Part shown: positions 12,430 through 25,663 of the stretch, one piece after another
Position numbering within the stretch: the first letter of the stretch is position 1
Layout: every line of letters begins with the position of its first letter
DNA from: Octopus sinensis
Taxonomy: Eukaryota
Length of the DNA: 64,000 bases
Assembly (NCBI RefSeq): GCF_006345805.1
Contig: NC_043005.1
Location: 52,452,001 to 52,516,000 of the forward strand
Reading direction: 5' to 3'
Position numbers and translations under genes: made by a program
Notes under the pieces: generated by a model
The model's database searches: none
What the model saw: only the letters and a program-made list of their open reading frames with translations
Told to the model about the DNA's origin: nothing

Positions 12430-13020
12430 AGGTGTATGACAGGAAGCTTGCTTCCCAACATTATGGTTAAGAATTCACTCTCAGTGCATGGCACTTCGGA
12501 CAAGTGTATTCTGCTATAGCCTCGGGCCGAACCATGCCTTGTCAGAGTATATGGTAGACGGAGACTGAAAGAAGCTTGCCGTATGTATGTATGTCATTGT
12601 TCAGTTTTATTTCAAGCATTGTATGCTAGAATGTATGTGTGTATGTACGTATGCATGTATGCATATATGTTAGTGTGTGTGTATGTGTACGAGCGTGTGT
12701 GAGCGTAAGGTAATATTTATCTCCCACTTAAAGTGGATGTTGTGTGAGAACACTGAAATACTGCATTATTTACCATGAGAGATACTCTGGTTCATAAAAG
12801 CACTCCTGTTTATATCGTTGATGGACACTAACGGTCTGCTACAGCGCCGTTGTTACGTACCCATAACTTAACGGTTCGGTAAAAAGAAAACGATGGAATA
12901 ACTGTCTTAAAAAAATTAACAAAAGTAAGTACTGGGAGCGACTTGTTAGACCAAACACTCTAAGGTGATGGTGCCTCAGCATGGCAGCAGTTTAAGGATT
13001 GAAGCAGTTATAAGGTAAAA
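12430..13020 (+). mobile_element. Old, diverged SINE family A
   Basis: Head 12430-12600 (CTATAGCCTCGGGCCGA...GACTGAAAGAAG), microsatellite, and tail 12810-13020 (AACTTAACGGTTCGG). Confidence 0.65.
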
Positions 13021-14862
13021 GACGTTGCAACAATTTCTGGTGGGTTTTGATACGGATATTTTCTGCAGCTCACTATTTACTGTTGTGGGTACATACACAC
13101 AACCTCTGAGTTCGCCGGCCATCTTTTGAAGCATAACAAATTACATTAAAATGAGTTCATAGTCCCGTTTAACTGCACGAGTGAAAGGAAAGGCACGGTC
13201 GTGAAATTTCTCGAAAATGCGGTCAAATTTATGTAGGGATCTTTATCTTCTGAGTAAGTTCTATGAGCCACCTCTTTCCACATTGTCGGAAGCCCTTATA
13301 AAGTAAAAGCACACAATTAAAACAGGGACGTGTTGGTTTATAGGCTTTTCTTGGATTAGTCGTAGAATAAAATTCATATCGTTGGCGATCCTCGAGAAGC
13401 GGGAACCACTTTCATATTGAGTTCAGTATGAATCGACTAACTACGTATAAGTGTACGACAAATAATTATCACAAAAATGCTACAAAAGTTGTAGTACAAC
13501 CAATGGTTCTATTCGGTGAATTTCTGGAAACAGCTAAACTTTATCATTCATATTCACTCACATATTTTCGTTTTCTTTTCTCAAATCTCTTTTCTGTACT
13601 TTCTCTCCATGTTTTCTCATTCCTTCTCCACCTCTCTCATTCTCTCTCTCTCTCTCTCTCTTCTTTGTCTGTCTGTCTGTTTGTATATCTATCTATATGC
13701 TTGTCTGTCTTTCTCTCTACCTATCTATTGATCGATCGATCTATCCATTTATCCATCAATTTATCTACTTATCTACTTATCTATCTCTATTTTTCAGTCC
13801 CACTATTTCTTTTTCCTTTGAATTCTCTATCTATCATTTAATTGATTTGCTTGTTTTCTGCGTGTCTACCTTTCCCGCGCTCTCTGTTTGAGTCTCTATC
13901 TCGCTGTCTCATATTTGCTTGCTCTAACTATCAAATAGAGCTATTTATATATCTATTTGTCAATCGTTCCTTCGTCTGTCTCTTATACTTACTGCGAATA
14001 CACTCTACCCTTCATCACTTTCTTGAATCCTTTCGCAAACAATATAATCTAGACTTCCGACTTTAAAATAGATCTGGCTCATGAAAAGACAGTCGCTTGA
14101 AGAAATAAGAACAATTTTCAAATTATATTTTATCATTTCTCATTTGCTTACACAATATTTTCAGTTCACTTTCTAAAATAAAAGTGCAAACTAAGAGTCC
14201 ATATAAACATCTAATCCTTCACTTTTTATCTCATTATCTCCATGGGTTAAATTCATCCTTAAACCTTTGACAATAATTTCAAAGCACTAACCTCATTTGT
14301 ATATCCTGTCATAGCCAATTTATCTCTGATTCGAATATATGGGAAGACAACGGAATATTATATTTATTCTTGAAAGGTTAAAATATTTCAGATAAACTGT
14401 AAAATATGAACGATACTTCCACCTTATTTTTCTATAAAGTTAACATATATATTTATATTTCATTCGTTGTATAAACTTTCTTACTATTTTCTCTTATAGT
14501 TTCTATACTTCTCTAGCTTTCATTATTCATTATTTTTGGTCTTGTGTAACTAACTTATATTTATATTTATGGCACGGCAATAACAATGAAAGAGTTTCTT
14601 TTCTTTTTTTTCTGATAAGGAGAACAAAGCAAAAAGCAAGATGAAATTTGAACAAGCAAACCAACTTCGTTAATTTACGATATATTTTCGTTCCAATACG
14701 CCATGTAAGTAACAGACAGTCTAAAAGTACAATGGTTTTGCAAACTTTTGTTTCAAAATATTCCCTAAGGTATCAACAGTTGTCAATTTTACATCGTTTA
14801 GGTATCCCACGTAATAAATATATATGTACACACGTACACATACATATTATAAATACACACAC

Positions 14863-14919
<57 letters not shown>

Positions 14920-15121
14920 GCGTATGTGTATTATACACGCATGTTATTTATTGTTTTCTTACCAATTATCCAACATGTTTCAACAATCGTATCCTCAGAG
15001 GAAAAGTGTTTCGACATTAACTTCTTTTAAGTGTGGATTTTTCAAGTTATTTGATCCTTCTCTCTCTCCCTCCCACCCGCGCTCTCATTCTCTCTCACTC
15101 TCTATCTATCACTCTATCTAC

Positions 15122-15183
<62 letters not shown>

Positions 15184-15266
15184 CTATAAATAGATTGGTA
15201 GATAGATATTTCATATAGACAACATGTGTTGGTACATATCTGTGTATGTATATGCATGTATGTATA

Positions 15267-15328
<62 letters not shown>

Positions 15329-15578
15329 CATTGTACATTTAAACACATAAGAGATGGCCATAATAGAACATCTTACCTGCTAGAAGGAGTAGTTAAAACC
15401 CAAACCACTGTTAGGGGTAATTTCGAAAGAGAATGAAAAATAAAATCATTTACCATCTATTTCCTGGACAATGGTTTCAAGATATCTTCAGCAAATAAAT
15501 TATTTGCAAATTATTTGCAAATACTTTTATTATTATAATCATATTATGGTCATCTCTTATGTGTTTAAATGTACACTG
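15329..15578. mobile_element. Tc1/mariner-type MITE
   Basis: ~37-bp TIRs CATTGTACATTTAAACACATAAGAGATGGCCATAAT / ATTATGGTCATCTCTTATGTGTTTAAATGTACACTG (2 mismatches), with TA on both sides. Confidence 0.8.
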
Positions 15579-15709
15579 TATTTATAATAAATAATATATA
15601 GTCTATTGACTAGTTTTTCTACACGCTAGACCACTGGTGGTAAAAAAGTTTCTAATTAATTTTTTACTACCCTAAAATTTATTGATATATATATATATAT
15701 ATATATATG

Positions 15710-16967
15710 TTCATGTGTGTACTACACAACCAGAATGAACCCTGTCGTGGCAGTCTATAAAACCGTTAAAAGCTTGTTCATTTTCATGTTTTCTTATTTA
15801 TTATTAGTGTTACTTGATATGTTTTGCTAAAATTGCTGCTTCTTTTCAGATATCATCAGGAAAATATTATTAAATTCATTAAAATGACAGATCTATCGGA
15901 CTTTTAAAGATGTTAAATTGTTGTTGCTCGTATAGCAGGCGCTAGCGTAACGAAAACAGTCGAAGTGCTTAGTGTATAAAGAAGTACTGTTTCAAAAGTA
16001 ATGACCGCCTTTGAGAAAGGAGGAAAACCACCCTCGTCGAAACAAATCTCCTGAATAAAACCCAAACTTTCAGATAGGAACCGTCGGTCTCTTACGGGAA
16101 ATGTTAGAGAGGATCGCAAAATTACAGCTCCCAAAATTACTGCAGAGCTTAATGACAACCTCGAGAACCCAGTTTCCACAAAAACCGTTCGCGAGGAGCT
16201 GCACAAAGCCGGATTTTATAGGAGGACTGCAATCAGAAAACCATTATTTTCAATAAAAAACGTTGCAAAGCGTTTTGAGTGGAGAAAAACACCTACAGAA
16301 TTGGTCCCTGGAGCTGTGCAACAATGTTATTTTATGGGAGGAGTCATCCTTTACCTTATTTCCGACCACCGGCCGAGTATACGTGTGGAGACGGTCAACA
16401 GAAGCATTTGACCCAGACTACCTTCTTCCAACTGTTAAACATGGAGGAGAATCTGTGATAATCTGGGGTGCTATATCTTAGAAATCCGCCGGCCCAATGA
16501 TTTCCCTCCATGGCAGAATTAATAGTCAAAATTACTTAAGGATTTTATCTGATCAAGTTCATTCTATGGTTGTGGAACTGTTTCTGGAAAGAAACGTAAT
16601 CTTTCAGGATGATAATGCACCAATTTACACAGTTAGAGTTGTTACTGAGTGGCAAGTGATAATTCTAGTGAAGCTGAACATCTTATCTGGCCACCACAGT
16701 CTCCACACCTCAATATTATTGAACATTTATGGTGCATTGTAGAAAAACAAGTAATAAGTCGATATCCTCCACCATCATCACTACAAGAACTGGAAACTGT
16801 TTTAGCTGAGGAATGGACAAAAATTCCTTTGGAAACAATTCAAACTTTGTATGAGACCATACCTCGTATACTTCAAGCTGTAATTACTGCCAAAGGCGGC
16901 CCTACCCCACATAAAAATAAATTTGTTTGAAATTCTAAGGTGTTTCCATTACTTTGTCCAACCCCAG
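15710..16967 (+). mobile_element. Tc1-like DNA transposon, right TIR present, left TIR not found
   Basis: Right end GGTGTTTCCATTACTTTGTCCAACCCCAG+TA. The 5' side runs into a (TA)n tract at ~15686-15708. Confidence 0.85.
15884..16930 (+). pseudogene. Tc1 (DD34E-type) transposase pseudogene
   Basis: MTDLSDF...KPKLSDR...TAPKITAELN...AIRKPL; TVKHGGESVIIWGAIS; IFQDDNAP; WPPQSPHLNIIEHLW; KGGPT. At least two frameshifts and several stops. Confidence 0.93.
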
Positions 16968-17480
16968 TAACTATAGGTATATATGCACACTCAAATCTCT
17001 CACGCACACAGGCACGCACACACACACAAACATTTCATTTAGATTTTAAGTATACTATTTTTTAAATACTAAACGTTCTTTAAAAGGTCTCCCTTAGAGG
17101 AAATGCTGCTGCTAGAACAGTTTAACAATACACATGCAGTAAGTACGTGATATTGATGTTTACATTACTGACCTGCTTCTAAAGCAAAATTTGAATTTTT
17201 TTTCTATTTGTGCGGCTCTCTTGCACATCAGCAAATAGATTTTACATTATTTGTATATACTTCTACCTGGCTTTTGCAAATATGCTTCGGAAGTGGAGCA
17301 AGTACACGACACCGAGCAGCAGCAGAAATTGCGAATATCAATATCTAATTTTTCCGCTTACTTTTGGGGTATTTACTTTCGCCTATGTTTGACTACACTG
17401 TGATTTGTAACACATACATCTTGAAAGGGACTTCCTGTACGCGAAATACGGTAGCTACAGGCGTTTAACAACATGCACAC

Positions 17481-17515
<35 letters not shown>

Positions 17516-19359
17516 TGTATGCATATATCACACGTGCTGCTTGTATATATGTGTATGCGTAGGAGTTTATGTACTTTTATTTGTATATAAGGGAAAGCAT
17601 ATTTCATCACACAAAGGTGTACTTCTTTAAACATTTTTTCTGTTTATTTTAAACTATAAACACAAATATCATCAACGCCTCACATCTACAGAGATACAGA
17701 AAAAAACATTTTTTTCATTGAAGATCAGATCTTGCATAGAATAACATTCACGAGATCATGTGACAATTAGAGATGGTACCTAATATTTCACGGGATAAAG
17801 GAATGGGATTTCGTCAGAATCAGAGTATATGTGATCATATTTGTTATTTAGTCAGCGAAAGGTCATTGACATCAATGAAATGAATATAGTTGGTGTGTTT
17901 GACTTCTCATCTCCAATGAAAATGCTTCAAATTTCTAATAATTAATGGTGATATTCTGGCTGTTAAGTCCATGAGTAAAGTTTTAATGACAAACGTACTT
18001 CAGCACATTGTGGAAGATATTGAAAGTAAAGCTGTTATTTGTTGTCAAATTGATTATACGTCAACATTTTCGCAGGATCAGTACTTGCAGCAACATTTTG
18101 GACCTCATACTCGATACTTGAAGGGATCTGCAAATTATAGATAAAGATTAACAAGACATTAAACACCACTGTGACGTACACATCAATAGAGAAACTGAGC
18201 CAGATTTATGCTAAACGTAGAGATGAAAACAGATGGCTTGTGTCAATATAAATGGCGTCTGGATGTCTCGTCGTACAACAGTGAGGACATTTAGTAAAGT
18301 ATTAAATGAGAAATGAGTTCATCAAATGTATATATATATATATATAAATGAGATACGAGTTCATCATATATATATATATATATATTCACCATTGAAAATC
18401 ATAATATCTTGAAATTAATTAAGAATTCCTCAATAGATACACTGAATCGTCATTTGTCACATTTGCCCTAAGGCATCTGATATAACAATGGAGGGAAAAT
18501 ATTAGTCGTATTAGATAAAGTCAATTATGCGGATAAACAAATTAGATATATTACATATAACAGTTTGGCTATGAAATATGTTTATGTGTATACATGCATA
18601 ACGAGAGAAAGCAAAATGTGGAGATTATCTGACGATAAATATTTAAGTATAAATATATATAGATATTTACATTAATAGATCCATCTTACAAGGAGTATAT
18701 TAGTGTGGCAGTAGAATACCCCTGTTGGTTGGCTCCTAATGGACTGTGCCACAATATAAATGGACATACGCAGAGAGTGTAAGGGAGCCATGAGCCGTGT
18801 AAAGCCGAGGGTTGCGTACTGTCGAGGGTTATTACCAGTATCTTGAGTAGAAGAATTTGCGAGATCATTATTATTATCCCGTTATATCTTACGTCGAACG
18901 TGCGATACAACAGAGTACAAACGACAGAGAAAAATAAAGGTGAGGAAGAAAGGTGTTATAAGCCCAATAGCTCTTTCTGGGGAGTCGTAAATCCATCATA
19001 ATGTTGCTAAATGTAGTTCATCACAAAATGAGGCCATAATGGAAGCAATCAACATTGGATAAGACGAGCCTCCGTCATCAGGGTAGAAAAGATCTTACAT
19101 TTCAGATTTTCATGTAGAAAAGTTCAAAAGATGGAATGATTAAAGGTTGAGAGCTAGCTGTATTAAACTGTCAGGAAGATAAACCTGTTCTAGGTACCTT
19201 ATACGCTACATAGATGAATATTCGTTAACGAACCCGACTAAATACTTAAACAATAAACGGAGTAAGAATGTCTCCTAGCCACCAGTGTGATAGAAAGATC
19301 GAAGGAGCCGTACTAATATGAGGAAGTTGTCACTCACTCTATCAGTACAAACGGGTTAA

Positions 19360-19703
19360 CGATAATTCAGCGCCTGACAATTCAACGCCGACTGTTCAGC
19401 TCTAGATAAATCAGTGTATAGACAATTCAGCGCATTTAAAATATGTAACTTATTATTACCTTATATTGGGGTTGGTTGTATATCTAAAACAAACGCCCAT
19501 GCAACCTATAAACACAGCAGTCATAGAATAGATGAACTTTATATAAACAAACAGCATGTATATACATCATATTTTTAAACAAATGATTGAAATGTTCCCT
19601 CTCTTTCTCACCCCCAAAATAACCTTTACCTAAGTTCAATAAGATGCCCTACACTGCATTTTCTATGCGCTGAATTGTCGGCGCTGTTTGGTTGCGTCAC
19701 GGC
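19360..19703. mobile_element. Decayed non-autonomous DNA element with subterminal ACAATTCAGCGC repeats
   Basis: Several CAATTCA(G/A)CGC copies at 19363-19435 and the inverted GCGCTGAATTGTCGGCGCTG at ~19668-19688. Confidence 0.4.
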
Positions 19704-20650
19704 ACAAAACACATGTCCTCATGAAATTTGGCATCGTTGCCAAAATTATTAAAAATGCTATTGATAGGAAGAGGCCATGCTTTTAAAACTAACTTATTTA
19801 AGAATCAGTGAGAGAATTTTAGTGTAATTGTTGGGCATTTTTGTGTTTGTTGTGTGTGTATCTGTATGTGTGCGTGTCGTATGCATATGTGTTAGTGTGT
19901 GCATATGTATATGCATATATGTATAAATGCACGAGTGTACGTGTGTGAGCGCGTATATGTGAATGACTGAAGAGATGGAATGTGGGGAGAGAGGGGTGAT
20001 GATTAATTTTAAGAATGGTTTAACCACCTTGCTGAAACCTCAGTAGTAATTCTAGCTAACAAACAGACTACTCTTAAAAGTGACCACCACACCGCTCTAC
20101 CCAATTCCTACCTCACTACACATACGCTCGCACTAGCGCGCGCGTGCACACGCGCACACACACCTACACACACTCACATCTGTCTAGTAGAGGAAAACAG
20201 AACTCACCTACAAGAGTAAAAATAGAGCTCTTTTTGCGTGAAAAAAAAAAGAGATATTGCAAGTGAGAGGTGTTAAGAGTCTCAATCATTTCTCGTTAAT
20301 TCATTCATCTTATTAATTGAATCAGTCCGCGCCGACGCATTAATCGTTTAATCTGGTTATTCTTAAATCAATATCTTTTTTCAAATCCATCCGGCTATCT
20401 ATCAATCCATTCACACATTCATTAATGTGATCTGTGCCATTCAAGCATGGATTATGTCAAAGTCCCATCAAACGAGTAATCCATCAAACTATTCATTCTA
20501 GCAATCTCATCGTGTTACTCAGTAATCTCTAATAAATAATGAACATTGCTTCTTCTTTATAACTCGACTGTTATAGAATGTTTGTATTGGGAATCTCATG
20601 CAATCGTTGTCGTTCCTACTTTCACTTTCACTTTGTATGTCTGTCTGTCA

Positions 20651-20688
<38 letters not shown>

Positions 20689-21044
20689 AACATACAAATA
20701 TATGCGTATAAATTTAACTTCTATTATTGTATTGCTTGTACATTTAAAAGTATCATCACTATATCATAAAGCAATGTGCGCTGTATTTGTATGATATACT
20801 GTGACATGGTGCTGGCTTGGCAAGACTGAAAGAAAGACAAGAGCGCAGACGCACAGGCACAGGTGCGCGCGAACGCATATCGCATGAGTCTTGTTTGATT
20901 AGTTTTGTTTTACTTTTTCATTCTTATTTTCACTTTAGAGATGTTCATCTGAGAGTGTGCAAATAGGAAAGTTTGGGATCGATGCGTGTACGTGGTGTGT
21001 GTGCGCGCGTGTGTGTGATTATCTATCTATCTATTTACCGCTCA

Positions 21045-21126
<82 letters not shown>

Positions 21127-21189
21127 TACATATATAAATATATATATATATATACACATATATACATATATAAATATATATATATATGC

Positions 21190-21221
<32 letters not shown>

Positions 21222-21363
21222 TTAGTTTAGTTGAAATATGTTTCTCACATATTTCAACTGCTAAAGGCAAATACAGGGCAGTTACCGTGGAGAAAAAAAA
21301 TCTGTCTTAATGTAGAAAGGTGTGAGAACACCCCTTTCGTTCAGTGTCGTCCTGTATCGGGAA

Positions 21364-21419
21364 TCTGAGACATCGATGTTTTGAGTTTATTGACTCTTGT
21401 CGATCAGATATGTCTGAGA
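21364..21419 (-). ncRNA. Decayed hammerhead-like motif
   Basis: Reverse strand TCTCAGACAT AT CTGATCGACAA GAGT CAATAA ACTC AAAA CA TC G ATGTCTCAGA. 9/10 outer stem and 4-bp stem II, but the core is mutated (G12A, insertions). Confidence 0.4.
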
Positions 21420-24400
21420 GGGGAAACCCTGGACGAACTGACTTAAATTGTGATTATACGTAAACACTGCTTTACTCAAGTTCATCCTTTTTCAGGATAG
21501 TAGAGTTTAACTTGAAGGAGTTTTGAGCATTACTTCCCGCACCTTGAGGCTTGCATCTTTAGTTTGTAGGACACAATACTATCCTACTATTGGTGTCTGA
21601 GTGACCCAGCAATGACCGGTAAAATTCGGAGTTGAAGATTTGGAAAGCAAAAGTGAGAATATAAAATAACCGCATAATAGATATATGAAGATTATTTTAG
21701 TTATACAGGATTGATATCTGTAAATAGCTACTGAGCATTACAAGCACATTAAGAAAACAAAGAACACTTCTTATATATGGGGACATATAAATGAATAAAT
21801 CTTAAGATGTGTGGTGATAGTCACCGGTAAGAGATTATCTAGCTTATCGTAGAAGTAATGTGCTTATATAGTCCTCATATACTGAGAGTTTGAATGCAAA
21901 TTAGTTATTTCCACCTTTCATTCAGAATCAACTGCAATAAGTCTTAAGAAATAAAATTCAAATATCTCAAAAGTTTATACATAATTCTCCAGAGAATTTT
22001 AAAGAAATTCAATCTGTTTATTGCTAATTGCAACAAAAGTCGATTTGTAGTACAAATCCTGAAGTAATAGTACATAAGCGTATGATTTTTTTTTATTTCT
22101 TTTCCCTTTTTAACTAAAGATATTTTGGTTAAGAAATTAAAACAAACAGAAATGAATACAGAAATGATGATCAAATGTAAGGCAGAGGAAACTGCTATCG
22201 AAAGGTGTGGTTCTAAGCACGATATCCCTAGGAAAAACTTTTATGCAACGGAGAGGAATTTATTGACGTCTTTAGTATGATGAAGCCCTTTAAAATAGTT
22301 CAACTCTTTTGTTAAACAGCAATTGTTCTGAATCGATGAACCGTAGATATTTAATGACAACATAAAGGAATAATGTCAGCATCAAAATAAATGTTTCACT
22401 CCAATTGACAGTTATTTCTTCATCCAGATTAAGGCGCCATAATAAATACAAACAAATATTAATTTCACGCAGAACCATAACATACAGATTCTGAACAAGT
22501 AGCGTTTAATATCAACTATATATAGTTTCTCATGTCTGCTCTTAATGAGCTGTATCTATCAAGGGTTTATTAGCTATATTACTTTCATGGGAGACATGAA
22601 TCGAGGGTATATCAGTGACGCGTTTCCCAGGGAAGTTAGTAATGAGAGTGAAATAAAATGGCTAATCACTAGAGCCATTCCTTTTTTCTTTTTTTTTTTA
22701 TTGTATATTTCCTTGAGAGCTTTCTTTTCTCTTTGTTCCCACAGCAGGATAGACTTGAAAATAAATATATGAAACCCGCGACATTTTACTGGAATGTACC
22801 GACAACAAAACAAACCGAATCTTGCGTTAAATGGAACCAATCAATATAATTCTGTATTTACTTCATCAATCCGAGAGAGATGAAAAGTAAAGTCGATTAT
22901 CGTGAGGGTTGAACCAAGCAGAGAATCTTAATTACAGTCAAGCATCAAACTGTAGGCACACGCCTTAAAACAAACAATCTCAGACTAACCCACAACCATT
23001 ATCATGCCTGATGGTCAGTTATCACGGTTATTTGCAAGCAAATCTTCAACGTACGGAGAAAATCAATGAGTCAGAGTTTCTTCTCTGAATATTCGTGGGA
23101 AGAGATGAAGTTAGAACTACGATCACATACACACAAAATCGCCAATGAAATTTTGCTAATTATTGATGTTATTGCTGTTTAGCTGTGTCATCTCTGATTG
23201 AACAGACCAATAAAGATAGGCATTCCATCCTTGGATATCCTACCTTTGTTTCAGACAAAGAATATTGAGGTAACCATTATTGTATTCGTCTGAACGCTTA
23301 AAAGATGGTAGGGTGTGAGTCGAGAGCGATTTAACTAATGTTTCTAGAAGATCGAGGGATTTTTTAATATCCCGTGTTACGTTTGTACTAATTGTCCTGT
23401 GTCAGAAGCGGAATAAAATCTTCCATGAGATTCTCAGGTCTTTCGAAATTATATTCAGGCCGCAGACATTATCAAAATATTTGTAACAAAATATGGGGCG
23501 ACATTTCAGCTTTACTGACCAAAAGCAGAAACAATTCTTCTCTTAAAAACCTTCCATACCAGATTTCTTTCTCAAAACTGAAGCCAACCCGGGTATGGAA
23601 TTGAACCAAAATACACTTCATTGTGAAGTGGGCTTCTGAACCACAAAGCCATTACTGCCTCCATAAAATAATTCAAGAGAGAGAAGATTTTATGACAGCT
23701 CACAAAGAATGGCACTTTGGTTAGTTGCTCAATGTAAACGTGATTAAGTAAAGCTCTCTGTAGCCCTTATTGACAACTGAAAACACACATCGAACTGCAT
23801 ATTTGAAGCTGGACATGGCACGTGCCAGTCTCACAAATCTGTGATTGTCTGTTAATATTTACTAAAATAAAACTGGAAAGTGAGTAAAAGTCCATGAGGT
23901 CAAAGTACTTCCTCTACTTATCATCTTGATTTGGTGAGCGCTGTAGAAACAGACATCTGAACTCCTTACACTACAGCTCACAATTCTATACAGCCAAGTC
24001 ACGGTCTCTCATTTCAAATCCCAAGCCTTTTGTTTGGTCATCTGGATAGGAAAGATTATGACGCTTCCCATCGGCCGCCCGAGGTCTCCGAAGGACAAAT
24101 GATGACGCTTGCTCATTTCTTTCGTTAAAGCATTGAACGATAAATTACTGTTTGTGAGATGGGTGGTGAGGTCCCATTAATTTCGTTAAGTGTTGGTTGT
24201 AATTTCCTCATGAGATTTTGTAAGTTCAAAATAAATCTTGTGATGTTAAATTATTTTTAGAGACTCAACTATCCAGGTTTTTTCTGAACATCTCAAACTC
24301 TCGAAACATAAACAGTTATTGAGGTGATTATTATCAATGGCAGGAATAATGTAAAATCGACGAAGGTTTCTTTAGGCGTAGTGTTAACTCCCGTTCTCAA

Positions 24401-25444
24401 CCTTCAGCCATGTCGAAATGTGCTTGTGACACAGTCCTAAATATGAATGCAGCTCTGCACTATAGCATACTAAAATTATGTCTTGTTTTTTTAGTGACGT
24501 AGATGGCCCTGAAAATATCTGCATGGATAAAATATTGAACTATTTACGTTTCACTGAATATCTCAGCTGAAGCATTTAACTTAGGGTCAAGGTAAGCTTT
24601 AATCTCGCGATACAGGAGTCATAAATTATCAGATGACAAAAGTTTTGGTGCTAAGAGGATTTTTCTTATGGATAACTGGTTTTAATTTTGAGTAGTTTTA
24701 AATTTAAGAATTAATACTTTCGAGATACACATTTTTGTTCCATAGCTCTATGTTTTATTTAAATAAATCCTACATTTGAAACACAGAATAGAAAAGTGTT
24801 AACGAATTGATCAAATGCGCTTTTGATTTATGTAAAGGTAAATTCTTTCAAATCTCTTTACATTTTGAATGATAACCAAATAATTTAAAAAATTATTTTC
24901 ATTCGCCACAACTCTTTTCACTGAATGGATTGGCGATAAAATAGGCTCGGTGCCAAAACAGCCGCGTGAAATGGCTGGCGACGGTGACCCGTTATTCATA
25001 TTGCTGTATATCCACCTAAAACTTCTCGATATATGACAGAAGACGTTACCAGAGAATTATTAGTATCTCATCTAGGGTTAAGGAGAAATTTCTTTAATTT
25101 GAGTAACTTAACTACAAAAGAGCTTTGTGACTGAATTGAAGAAATTTATGAATCATGAAAAACATAGAAAAACCAACAAAAGACATATTCTAGATCGTAT
25201 TGTGACAGCACGTGTCAAGCATTCGTATTCTTGGCAAACTATGAATTTTGGCGAAAGCAGTTTTTTATTGACAAAGAAAACTTTAATTTACTAAAAGTAA
25301 ATATAGTTTCAAGTTATTTTTTCTAATTTTTATCCCCCTTTAGTAGCATAAGGACCCACTCCGCAAGTGATGTTGTGAATCGATGTTTTAGTATGATATT
25401 CAACATTCATTGCTGCACATATAGTGCTGGTGTTCACTACACTG

Positions 25445-25658
25445 GGTGCCGGGTATTGAAATTAAACCTTACGCGTCTTTGCATAGACCCTACGGAAATT
25501 TTAACGAGTTCTGCTGATTAATTGGCCTACCATTAAAGAGGTGCTACGCTAGGTGTCGGGTATTGAAATTAAACCTTACGCGTCTTTGCATAGACCCTAC
25601 GGAAACTTTAACGAGTTCTGCTGATTAATTGACCTGCCATTAAAGAGGTGCTACGCTA
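25445..25658. repeat. Tandem dimer of a 107-bp unit
   Basis: 25445-25551 and 25552-25658 differ by 4 substitutions and no indels. Confidence 0.95.
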
Positions 25659-25663
25659 AAACA

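Noticed and set aside
15455-15500. Minus-strand CTGAAGA-TATCTT-GAAA-CCATTG-TC motif inside the MITE
   Set aside because: The core words are in HHR order, but stem II is unpaired and stems I/III are only ~2 Watson-Crick pairs. This is expected by chance in 64 kb.
18690-19100. Open stretch containing VITSILSRRI, reminiscent of a non-LTR RT region
   Set aside because: Single short motif with no supporting neighbours.
23763-23878. Exon candidate CTCTCTGTAG|...GAAA|GTGAGT
   Set aside because: All three frames contain stops. It could only be non-coding, and nothing supports that.
24098-24190. ATGATGA as a C/D snoRNA C box
   Set aside because: No CTGA D box at a suitable distance and no terminal stem.
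25445-25658. Possible CRISPR-like or spaced repeat
   Set aside because: It is a plain tandem dimer with no spacers, in eukaryotic DNA with no cas genes.
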